A stretch of 64,000 nt of DNA from Alphaproteobacteria bacterium (lineage in GTDB: Bacteria; Pseudomonadota; Alphaproteobacteria; JAAXGF01). Below, piece by piece: positions 18,321 through 27,943 of the stretch. Within the stretch, counting starts at the first letter, position 1. The number at the start of each line of letters is the position of its first letter. The position numbers and the translations under genes are program-made. Under the pieces are notes generated by a model. It saw only the letters and a list, made by a program, of their open reading frames with translations, had not been told where the DNA came from and did not search any database. The stretch covers positions 3,072,001 through 3,136,000 of the forward strand of contig CAUVXB020000002.1 of assembly GCA_963555825.3 (NCBI GenBank), written 5' to 3'.

Positions 18321-19975
18321 GGGTGCGGGTCTGGTATGGAAAATCGAAGTCATTGATTTAGTGCGATTTTGGTGTCGAGACGGACGGCCGAAATCGGCTA
18401 TTCGTGACAATGGGCCGCTCCAAGGCAGGATTTTGTCACGACGGCAGGGTCGAGCAGGGGAAGGTGGGAACGCTCCGCACCGCCAGAAGCGCTACGATGC
18501 CGTGTCTTGAAACCCAACATCGGGAGCATTCCCATGGCAGTATCCCCGCCTCCGGCGCCTTCGTCCATCGATCTTTCCGGCCTGCCTCCTCGGGTCGTCG
18601 AGGCGGCCGCCCGGGTGCTCGCACTGTGTCGCGAGGAGCTTCGTTCCGAGCCGCGCCCCGAGGCGCCCGAGGAGGTCGAGTTGCGGGTGCGTGAGGCCAC
18701 GAACGAGTTCGCTCGCGATGTCATGGGCGCCGTCATCGAGAACCGGGACGATGGCGCTTCCCGGATCGAGCGGGACGGGCAGAGCTGGTTCCGGGTCGCG
18801 GTGACGCCGAAGACGATCATGACCTCGCTCGGTCCGGTGACCTACCGGCGAGCGCGTTACCGCAGCGGCGCGAGCGGGGCATCGCCGGTGCCGGTCGACG
18901 AGAGCCTGGGCCTCGTCGACGATTACCTGACGCGGCCGGCGGCCGAGCTCGGTCTGCTGATGATGGGTCACTGCACGGCCCGGGAAGCGGCGGCGTTCTT
19001 TGCGAAGACCGGCGCCATGACGCCGTCGGTGAGCACCCTGCAGCGCCTGACCCTGAGCATGCACGAATGCTGGGAGAGCCTCGGCCCGGAGACGCTGGGC
19101 AGCATCCGTGAGGCCGAGGGCATACCGCAGGACGCGACCACCGCCTCGGTCTCCCTCGACGGCGTCATGGTGCCGCTGAGACCCGGCGAGGACGGTCGCG
19201 CCAAGGCCTCCTGGCGCGAGGCTGCCTGCGGCACGGTCTCCTTCCACGACGCCGAGGGCAAGCGCCTGAAGACCCTCTATCTCGGCCGCATGCCGGAGAG
19301 CGGCAAGCTCACGCTGAAGGCGCAGCTTGCAAGCGAAGTCGCACACATCAGGCGAGCACGCCCCGAGATCGGGATCGTCGCTATCGCCGATGGCGCCGCC
19401 GACAACTGGACCTTCCTGGAGACCCTGTCGCCCGAAACCGAGGTGATCGACTTCTGGCATGCTTGCGAACATCTGCAAACCGCGTCCGACCATGCCGTGG
19501 CGCCCGGCTGGTTCGAGAAGTACCGCGAGATCCTCCGTCACGATCCCCGTGGCGTCGCCAAGGTGATCCGGGCGCTGCGCCACCTTCGCGATGCCGCCGC
19601 TGCGCCGGACCGGGCCGAGACCGAGCGGGAACTCGCCTTCTTCCGCAAGCATCGCCATCGCATGCGCTACCACGCCCTGAAGGAAGAGGGCATCGCCATC
19701 GGCTCAGGCGTGGTCGAAGCTGCCAACAAGACCCTGGTGACACAGCGCATGAAGCGCTCCGGCATGCGCTGGCGGATCGTCGGCGGACAGGCTGTTCTGA
19801 CCTTCCGCGCCCTGATCAAATCCGGCCGCTTCGAGCGGGCATGGAAGGCCCTGATCAGCGCAACCGACACACCGGCCAACGACAACATCAGTCCACGTGC
19901 AGCAGCCATGGCAATCGCTGCCTGAACTCAACGAACCAAGCCCCCAGACATCACTGCCATGCGAGACTCGCACCC
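18321..19975 (+). mobile_element. Insertion sequence, ISKra4/ISLre2-like (Mutator-related), 1655 bp
   Basis: Terminal IRs GGGTGCGGGTCTGGTATGG / GGGTGCGAGTCTCGCATGG (16/19 match); 8-bp TSD TGTCCATC at 18313-18320 and 19976-19983; single transposase. Confidence 0.93.
18534..19925 (+). CDS. DDE transposase (ISKra4/UPF0236-like)
   Basis: SLDGVM, IADGA, IDFWHACEHL, IGSGVVEAANK..RMKRSGMRW. ATG 18534 has GGGAG upstream; TTG 18507 is an alternative start. Confidence 0.92.
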   Translation: MAVSPPPAPSSIDLSGLPPRVVEAAARVLALCREELRSEPRPEAPEEVELRVREATNEFARDVMGAVIENRDDGASRIERDGQSWFRVAVTPKTIMTSLGPVTYRRARYRSGASGASPVPVDESLGLVDDYLTRPAAELGLLMMGHCTAREAAAFFAKTGAMTPSVSTLQRLTLSMHECWESLGPETLGSIREAEGIPQDATTASVSLDGVMVPLRPGEDGRAKASWREAACGTVSFHDAEGKRLKTLYLGRMPESGKLTLKAQLASEVAHIRRARPEIGIVAIADGAADNWTFLETLSPETEVIDFWHACEHLQTASDHAVAPGWFEKYREILRHDPRGVAKVIRALRHLRDAAAAPDRAETERELAFFRKHRHRMRYHALKEEGIAIGSGVVEAANKTLVTQRMKRSGMRWRIVGGQAVLTFRALIKSGRFERAWKALISATDTPANDNISPRAAAMAIAA

Positions 19976-20135
19976 TGTCCATCAGCGATATCATCGTGTC
20001 GGCGTTTTCCTCGCCGGGGATGCCGAAGATGTGGCTGACGCCTTCGTTCTCGAGGCAGCGGACGAACAGATCGGACGCTTTCACGGTATTACCTCCCCCA
20101 ATTGGATTCTTGATGTTATCGTTACGCTACCGTCC

Positions 20136-20164
20136 AGTATCGAAGCGGCGACGACCGCCGTCAA
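20136..20164 (-). promoter_or_regulatory. Putative sigma70 promoter of the acetolactate synthase gene
   Basis: TTGACG-N17-GATACT on the minus strand. Confidence 0.5.
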
Positions 20165-20191
20165 CCGCCAAAAGCGGCGAGGGCGCCGTTG

Positions 20192-20220
20192 TTGACGCTC
20201 CTTTGAGCCAGACGTAGGAT
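20192..20220 (+). promoter_or_regulatory. Putative sigma70 promoter of the ABC transporter operon
   Basis: TTGACG-N17-TAGGAT. Confidence 0.55.
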
Positions 20221-20518
20221 GACGGCCGATTCCCGGTTGCGTTGTTGCGTCGGGAATTTACGCCGCCGTCAAGCCGGGCGCCGAGACCTTGGCGCGGCGG
20301 CAATCGAGTAAGCAGCCAACGGGAGGCGAAATCGAGGTATGCGAACCGTGGCGTGGCGTTCCGCGCGAACGCCGCCTCGGCATGCCATCATTGAAAACAG
20401 CTTGAGAAAGCCCGCCGACGTGGCCTAAATCGATTGTTGGGACACTCGAGGGCTAAGCAGGCCGGAATTGCATCAGTTCAACCGGCCGTAACTCGTCACG
20501 TAAGGGAGGATTAGGTTA

Positions 20519-22138
20519 ATGTTGAAACCCAAATTGATTGGCTCCGCCGCAGCGGTCCTCGCGACCATGTTTCTGGCCGGCCAGGCCAGCGCGTTCGAGG
20601 GTGACAGCGTATCGGCGGCCGACTGCGAATACGGCGGCTAGGTCAAGTCGATCGAGGCGACCGACCGCCTGACCGTCAAGTTCACGCTGTGCGATCCGGA
20701 CCCGGCGTTCGAGGCCAAGGTGGCGTTCACGCCGTTCGGCGTTCAGCCGGCCGAGCATATCGCCGCGACCGGCGGCGGCGGCGCGATCCTCGACCACCCG
20801 ATCGGCACCGGCCCCTGGAAGCTCGAGAAGTGGTCGCGCGGCGACAGCATCATCTTCAAGCGCTTCGACGGCTATTGGGGCGACAAGCCGTCGTTCGAGA
20901 CGCTTGTCATCCGCTGGGCGGAATCGGGTGCTGGCCGGCTCATCGAGCTGCGCGCCGGCACGGTCGACCAGATCACGAACCCGAGCCCCGACGATTACGA
21001 TTCGATAAAGGAAGATCCGGACCTGACGTTCATCCCGGTGACCAATCCCAACATCCTGTATCTGGCGATGACGAACACCTTCAAGCCGTTCGACGACGTC
21101 AGGGTGCGCAAGGCGGTGGCCATGGGCATCGACCGCAAGCGCATCGTCGACAACTTCTTCGCCACCGGTTCGCAGGTCCCGACGCACTTTACGCCGTGCT
21201 CGATCGACAACGGCTGCGAGGGCGAGGCGTGGTACGACTTCGATCTTGCCAAGGCGAAGGCGCTGCTGGCCGAAGCCGGTCATCCGAACGGCTTCAAGAC
21301 CAAGATCTTCTTTCGCGACGTGTTCCGCGGCTATCTGCCGGAGCCGGGCCTCGTCGCGGTCGAGTTCCAGACCCAGCTGCGCGACAATCTCGGCATCGAG
21401 GCCGAGGTCGTCGTCATGGAGTCGGGTCAGTTCATCGACGAATCGACCAACGGTCGGCTGGACGGCTTCTACCTCCTCGGCTGGGGCGCCGACTATCCGC
21501 ACGTGACGAACTTCCTGGACTTCCACTTCTCCAAGAACAACCCGCAATACGGCACGACGCACCCCGAGATCTACGAGATTCTCCAGGAGGCGTCGACGAT
21601 CGCCGATCTGGACAAGGCCGCGCCGCTTTACGCGAAGGCCAACAACGCCATCAAGGCAATCGTGCCGATGGTTCCGATCGCCAACGGCGCGTCCGCGTCG
21701 GCCGCGTTGAAGAGCGTCAAGAACGCGCATTTCCGCCCGTTCGGCGCGCCACTCTTCCACAAGGCGGACCCCGGCAAGGACACCTTCGTGTTCATGCAGA
21801 ACGCCGAGCCGATCAGCATGTATTGTGCCGACGAGACCGACGGCGAGTCGCTCTCGGTGTGCCAGCAGGTGGTCGAGCCGCTGCTCGGTTACGCCATCGA
21901 TTCGGGTGCTACCGAGCCCCGGGTCGCCACCAGTTGCACGGCCAACGACGATGCCAGCATCTGGGTCTGCGAACTGCGTGACGGTGTGAAGTTCCACGAC
22001 GGCTCGGACCTCGACGCCAACGACGTGATCGCGTCGTGGGCCGCCGGGATCGACGCCAAGAACCCCAACCACAAAGGCAACACGGGCGCCTTCGAGTACT
22101 ACACGTACCTGTGGGACAGCCTGATCAACGCCGAGTAA
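20519..22138 (+). pseudogene. Family-5 (DppA/OppA-like) solute-binding protein, circularly permuted, with one in-frame TAG
   Basis: RBS GGGAGG; ATG 20519 starts a signal peptide MLKPKLIGSAAAVLATMFLAGQASA; then CEYGG*VKSIEATDRLTVKFTL with TAG at 20639-20641; the frame then stays open to 22138. Motifs PIGTGPW, VRVRKAV and LRDGVKFHDG. Confidence 0.85.
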
Positions 22139-22166
22139 CCGGGCGCCAACGACCCGGAAACAGTAA

Positions 22167-22205
22167 GGGACGCGCGGTGCAACGGCACCGCGCGTTCCAT
22201 TTTTC
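22167..22205 (+). terminator. Hairpin with T-run after the binding-protein gene
   Basis: ACGCGCGGTGC-aacg-GCACCGCGCGT followed by TCCATTTTT. Confidence 0.6.
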
Positions 22206-22233
22206 AGCTACCTACGGAAAGTAATCTCCGCCG

Positions 22234-23313
22234 ATGCTTGGATACATCGCCCGGCGCGTTCTGATGTCGATCCCCGTGCTGTTCGGCATCCTGCTGGTCA
22301 CCTTCGTGCTGGCAAGGGCTATCCCAGGCGACCCGTGCAAGGCGATCCTGGGCGAGAAGGCGACCAAGGAGGTCTGTGAGCGGTTCACCCGCGAGCACGG
22401 CTTCGACAAGCCGGTCTACGTCCAGTTCGGCTATTACATCGGCGACGTCATGCAGGGCAACTTCGGCACGTCGATCCGCTTCAGCCGGCCGGTCACCCAG
22501 ATCCTCGTCGAGCGCCTGCCGATGACCATCGAGCTGGCGGTCGGCGGCCTGATCGTCGCCGTCCTGGTCGGCGTGACGCTCGGCATCGTCTCGGCGATGC
22601 GCCACAACACCGGCGTCGACGTCGCCACCATGATCGTGGCCAATATCGGCATATCCATGCCCGTTTTCTGGCTTGGGCTCATGCTCGCCTACCTGTTTGC
22701 ATTGGTCTTCAAAGGCACGCCCTTTTGGCTGCCGCCGTCGGGCCGGCTGACCGCCGGCCTCACCTCGGTGCCGTTCTTCGAGGTCTGGCAATGGCAGGTG
22801 GTGGCCGGCACGGCCAAGGCCAAGCTCCTCGAGTTCGTCGCCAACCACTTCCTGTTCAACTCGCTGATCACCGGCGACTGGGTGGTGCTGAAGGACGCCG
22901 CGCGCCACTTGGTGCTGCCGGTCATCGCGCTCTCGACCATCCCGATGGCGATCATCGCGCGCATGACTCGCTCGAGCTTGCTCGAGGTGCTCGGGCGCGA
23001 TTACGTGCGAACGGCGCACGCCAAAGGCGTCATCGAGCGCCAAGTGGTGTTCAACCACGCGCTGCGCAATGCGCTGCTTCCCGTGGTGACGATCCTCGGG
23101 CTGCAGATGGGCGCACTGCTCGGCGGCGCGGTGCTGACCGAGACGGTGTTCGGGCTGGCCGGCGTCGGGCGCATGCTGTTCGAGGCGATCACCGCGCGCG
23201 ACTACCCGATCATCCAGGCGTTCACCGTGGTCATCGCGGTCTCTTACATGGTGATCAATTTGATCGTCGACGTGTCGTACGGTTTCCTCGACCCCAGGAT
23301 CAGACTCAAATGA
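22234..23313 (+). CDS. dppB: Peptide/nickel ABC permease (DppB-like)
   Basis: IPGDP, ERLPMTIEL, DYVRTAHAKG, HALRNALLP, DPRIR. Confidence 0.88.
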   Translation: MLGYIARRVLMSIPVLFGILLVTFVLARAIPGDPCKAILGEKATKEVCERFTREHGFDKPVYVQFGYYIGDVMQGNFGTSIRFSRPVTQILVERLPMTIELAVGGLIVAVLVGVTLGIVSAMRHNTGVDVATMIVANIGISMPVFWLGLMLAYLFALVFKGTPFWLPPSGRLTAGLTSVPFFEVWQWQVVAGTAKAKLLEFVANHFLFNSLITGDWVVLKDAARHLVLPVIALSTIPMAIIARMTRSSLLEVLGRDYVRTAHAKGVIERQVVFNHALRNALLPVVTILGLQMGALLGGAVLTETVFGLAGVGRMLFEAITARDYPIIQAFTVVIAVSYMVINLIVDVSYGFLDPRIRLK

Positions 23314-24269
23314 CTTTTACCTCGCTCAAGGGCACCGCCGCGGCCTTCGCCGAGCCGATGGACGAGGAGCAGTTGCTCGGCAGTCCGACGGCGCTCTGGA
23401 AGACCGCGCTGAAGCGGCTGTTCCGCCGCAAGACCGGCATCGTCGGCATGATCCTGGTCGGCATGATGGCGTTCACCGCGATCGCCGCGCCGCTGCTCGC
23501 GCCCTACGACCCGCATCAGGTGCTGATCGGCCTCGAGAAGGTCAAGAAGCGCGAGGCGCCCTGCATCCACGCGTTGGGCTGCGACGTGGCCAAACCGCAG
23601 CACATCATGGGCGTCGACGGCAATTTCCGCGACCAGTTCAGTCGGGTCATCTACGGCGCGCGGTGGAGCCTCTCGATCGGCTTCACGACGGTCGCCTTCG
23701 CGCTGACCTGCGGCGTCATCCTGGGCGCCATCGCGGCCTATTGGGGCGGCTGGATCGACAATCTGATCATGCGCGTGATGGACGTCATTTTAGGCTTCCC
23801 GGCGTTGCTGCTGGCGATCGCGATCGTCGCCGTGCTCGGGCCCGGCCTGGAGAACGCGTTGCTTGCGATATCTATCGTCACATTGCCGGCCTATGCCCGC
23901 GTCATGCGGGCCAGCGTGTTGTCGATCAAGGAGCTCGACTACGTCGCCGCGTCGCGCGCCATCGGCGCCAGCCACATGCGCATCCTGGTGGTGCGCATCC
24001 TGCCCAACGCGATGACGCCGATCGTCGTCCTCTCGACGCTCGGCATCGCCAGCGCCATCCTCGACGCCGCTGGATTGTCGTTCCTCGGCCTCGGCGCCCA
24101 GCCGCCGACGCCCGAGTGGGGCACCATGCTCGGCTCCGAACGCAACCAGGTGTTCTCGGCGCCGCATCTGGTGTTCTTTCCCGGCTTCGCGATCATGATC
24201 ACGGTGCTCGGTTTCAACCTGTTGGGCGACGGCATGCGCGATGCGCTCGACCCCAGGCTGAACGATTGA
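23310..24269 (+). CDS. dppC: Peptide/nickel ABC permease (DppC-like)
   Basis: [44 protein letters not shown]; ATGA overlap with dppB. Confidence 0.88.
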   Translation: MTFTSLKGTAAAFAEPMDEEQLLGSPTALWKTALKRLFRRKTGIVGMILVGMMAFTAIAAPLLAPYDPHQVLIGLEKVKKREAPCIHALGCDVAKPQHIMGVDGNFRDQFSRVIYGARWSLSIGFTTVAFALTCGVILGAIAAYWGGWIDNLIMRVMDVILGFPALLLAIAIVAVLGPGLENALLAISIVTLPAYARVMRASVLSIKELDYVAASRAIGASHMRILVVRILPNAMTPIVVLSTLGIASAILDAAGLSFLGLGAQPPTPEWGTMLGSERNQVFSAPHLVFFPGFAIMITVLGFNLLGDGMRDALDPRLND

Positions 24270-25272
24270 TGGCCGTCGCGCCCGGCAACCGCGAGCGGCT
24301 GCTCGAGGTGCGCAACCTGCGCACCTGGTTCCACACCCGCAACGGTGTCGCCAAGGCGGTCGACGGCATCGATTTCTCGGTCGGCAAGGGCGAGGTGCTG
24401 TGCATCGTCGGCGAATCGGGCTGCGGCAAGAGCGTCACCGCGCTCTCGGCCATGCGTCTGGTGCCGCCGCCGGGCCGAATTGAGACCGGCGAAGTGCTGT
24501 TCGAGGGGCGTGACCTGCTGGCGCTCTCGAAGGCCGAGATGACCGAATTGCGCGGCGAGAACATCTCGATGATCTTCCAGGACCCGACCTCGTCGCTCAA
24601 TCCGGTGTTCCAGGTCGGTTTGCAGATTTCCGAGGTCTACGAAATCCACCGCGGCATGAAGCGCAAGGCGGGCTTCGAGCGCGCCGTCGACATGCTCGAG
24701 CGGGTCGGCATCCCCGATCCCGCAAGCCGCGCCACCGCCTATCCGCACGAGATGTCGGGCGGCATGGCGCAGCGCGTCATGATCGCCATGGCGCTCGCCT
24801 GCGAGCCGCAGCTGCTGATCGCCGACGAGCCGACCACGGCGCTCGACGTCACCATTCAGGCGCAGATCCTCGACCTGATGCGCGTCCTGCAGAGCGAGTC
24901 GTCGATGGCGACGGTGCTGATCACCCACGACCTCGGCGTGGTCGCCGAGATGGCCGACCGGGTCGCCGTGATGTACGCCGGCGAGATCGTCGAGGAGACC
25001 GATGTCAAGACCCTGTTCCTCGAACCCAAGCACCCCTACACCCAGGCGCTGATCGGCTCGATCCCGGTGTTGGGCGAGGTGCGCGACGAGCTCGCGGTGA
25101 TTTCCGGCACGGTGCCCAACCTGGTCAACCTACCGGTCGGCTGCCGCTTCGCGGCGCGCTGCCGGGCGCGCGTCGAGCACGCACTGGAAATCTGCACCGA
25201 GCAGTCGCCCGACCTCCTCGATGTCGGCGCCGATCACAAGGTGCGCTGCTGGCTGCACCGCGGGGATGCGTC

Positions 25273-25276
<4 letters not shown>
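24269..25276 (+). CDS. dppD: Peptide ABC ATPase (DppD-like)
   Basis: [39 protein letters not shown]. Confidence 0.9.
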
Positions 25277-26280
<1,004 letters not shown>

Positions 26281-26286
26281 GCCATT

Positions 26287-26331
26287 AAATATATACTGCT
26301 TACGTTTATAAAACGTAAGCAGTATATATTT
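26287..26331. repeat. Perfect AT-rich palindrome
   Basis: AAATATATACTGCTTACGTTT-ata-AAACGTAAGCAGTATATATTT (21-bp arms) between convergent genes. Confidence 0.9.
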
Positions 26332-26348
26332 TTTCGTCGTTGACGGCG

Positions 26349-26723
26349 CTAGAGCCGGGCCTTGCGGTAGGTCCGCTTGGCGGCGATCTTGCCGTCGCGC
26401 AAGGTCAGCAGATCGACGATATCGGTCTCGAAGCGCGCGCCGCCGACCGGCGTGCCGGATTGGACCTGTTCGATCACCGCGAAGGTTTGCGTGACGTGAT
26501 GGCGGATCGGCGCGAAGGCGACATCGGGGACGCGTTCGAAGACAGATGCCGCGAGCCGCGTCGCGGCATCCTTGCCGACGGCGCGCTCGCCATGCGCCTC
26601 GGGGCCGAACGACGCCTCGAAGACCGCGTCTTCGGTGAACATCTCGGCGATGCCCTCGACGTCGTGGTTCTGCCAGACCTCGGCGAATCGGCGCAGGAAT
26701 GCGTCGGCGTCGAATTCGGCCAT
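26349..26723 (-). CDS. SnoaL-like / NTF2-family protein
   Basis: FAEVWQNHDVEGIAEMFTEDAVF, DLLTLRDGKIAAKRTYRK; RBS AAGGAG. Confidence 0.85.
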   Translation of the reverse strand: MAEFDADAFLRRFAEVWQNHDVEGIAEMFTEDAVFEASFGPEAHGERAVGKDAATRLAASVFERVPDVAFAPIRHHVTQTFAVIEQVQSGTPVGGARFETDIVDLLTLRDGKIAAKRTYRKARL

Positions 26724-26737
26724 GTCGGTCTCCTTTC

Positions 26738-26852
26738 TTTGTGCGGTCATCTTTGGCTCACCCAAAGGTGACCTGCGCTCAATCGCCGCGCTAGCTTCCG
26801 CCGAACGGTCGGCGGCCCCCCTCTTGTCCCAATAAGACTGGCGCAGGCCGGT
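26738..26852. repeat. Dispersed structured repeat, copy A
   Basis: Three near-identical blocks shared with 59589-59718. Confidence 0.88.
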
Positions 26853-26887
26853 AGAGTCTGACCGGGTCCGATCGATCGGATAATCCT

Positions 26888-27943
26888 CTAGTTCTCGACG
26901 AATGCCCTGGCCGCGTCGAGTGCGTCGGGGAAATGCGCCTCGATGCCGGCCAGCGCGCGCTCGATCAGCACGACGTCCTCGGCGAACTTGCCGGCCTGCA
27001 CGGCCATGCGCAGGATCGCGAAGTCATCGGGCACGGCCGCGACCACGTCGCGCAGGATGGCGGCTTCCTCGTCCCAAAGATCGTCACGGTGCAGCGTGAC
27101 GGCGAGGCCGATCGCGGAATTCAGGCTGTTGGGGTCGATCGCCAGCGCCGCGCGGAACAGCGCGGCCGATGTGACGTATCGCCCGGCCTCGCCGAACGTC
27201 CGGCCGGCGTTTTCGATGAGTTGGCGGTTGCCGCTCGCCCGGCAGACCGTGTCGAGCGCGTCGAGCACGGCGCCCTCAAGGCCTTCGATACAGTCGCGGT
27301 AGGCGCGGCCGAGCGCGGCGCTGGCATCGGCATGCTCGGGCCCGCTCATGGCGCGCAATTCGGCCAGCCGCGCGGCCGGGATGGCGTCGTTACGGCCCTC
27401 GCCGCCGCCGGTGATGATGGCGACCAGCCGGCCGTCTTCGTCGAACAGGCCGCCACCCGAGTTGCCCGGCTGGCTGTACGCCGAATGGTGCAACCGCGCG
27501 AGCGGCTTGCCCGCCGCCGGCGGCGCCACCATCGCACCCGGCGCATAGACCCGGATCGTCCCGTCCAGCTCGTCGGCGCCGACCGCGTAGAGCGCGCCGG
27601 CGCGCGCCTCGTCGAGCATCGCCGCGATGCCGCCCAGGCCGGGCGCCGAAACCAGCACGAGATCGCCCGCGAAGATGGTCGGCACGACCGTCCCGGCGAG
27701 CGCCGCCCCGTCCTTGCCGTGAACGACGACGCGCGTCTGGTCGGCGACGACGTGGCGATTGGTGACCAGCAGGTCCGGCGCGACCAGCACGGCGCTCGCC
27801 AGCGGGTCGAACGACGAGATCGCGTAGACCGTGCCACGGGCGGCACAGACGGGGTCAGGGGCGTCGCAGGCCGCCTCGGCGTGTGCGGTCCCGTCGAATA
27901 GGAGAAGAAGGGCTGCCGCCGCGAACAGCCGGCGCGCCAACAC
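26888..27943 (-). CDS. Secreted trypsin-like serine protease with a TPR-like C-terminus
   Basis: Signal peptide; catalytic triad motifs VTNRHVV, GDLVLV and PGNSGG; ALAIDPN helical tail. Confidence 0.85.
   Translation of the reverse strand: MLARRLFAAAALLLLFDGTAHAEAACDAPDPVCAARGTVYAISSFDPLASAVLVAPDLLVTNRHVVADQTRVVVHGKDGAALAGTVVPTIFAGDLVLVSAPGLGGIAAMLDEARAGALYAVGADELDGTIRVYAPGAMVAPPAAGKPLARLHHSAYSQPGNSGGGLFDEDGRLVAIITGGGEGRNDAIPAARLAELRAMSGPEHADASAALGRAYRDCIEGLEGAVLDALDTVCRASGNRQLIENAGRTFGEAGRYVTSAALFRAALAIDPNSLNSAIGLAVTLHRDDLWDEEAAILRDVVAAVPDDFAILRMAVQAGKFAEDVVLIERALAGIEAHFPDALDAARAFVEN

Larger units (their letters stand above)
16763..20084 (-). pseudogene. Acetolactate synthase large subunit interrupted by an IS
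   Basis: N-terminus MKASDLFVRCLENEGVSHIFGIPGEENADTMISLMD (20084-19976) rejoins SHIRFILCRHEQAAAFMA in frame once the IS and one TSD copy are removed. TPP motif GDAGFLM is present. Confidence 0.93.

Noticed and set aside
20639-20641. Pyrrolysine or genome-wide TAG recoding
   Set aside because: TAG is the normal stop of many genes here (e.g. 1922, 4341, 8324, 9611), no pyl genes are in the window, and the ybjQ-like lesion is TAA.
26738-26852. SAM-II or another known riboswitch upstream of the SnoaL gene
   Set aside because: No convincing consensus match, and the second copy lies between two gene 3' ends.
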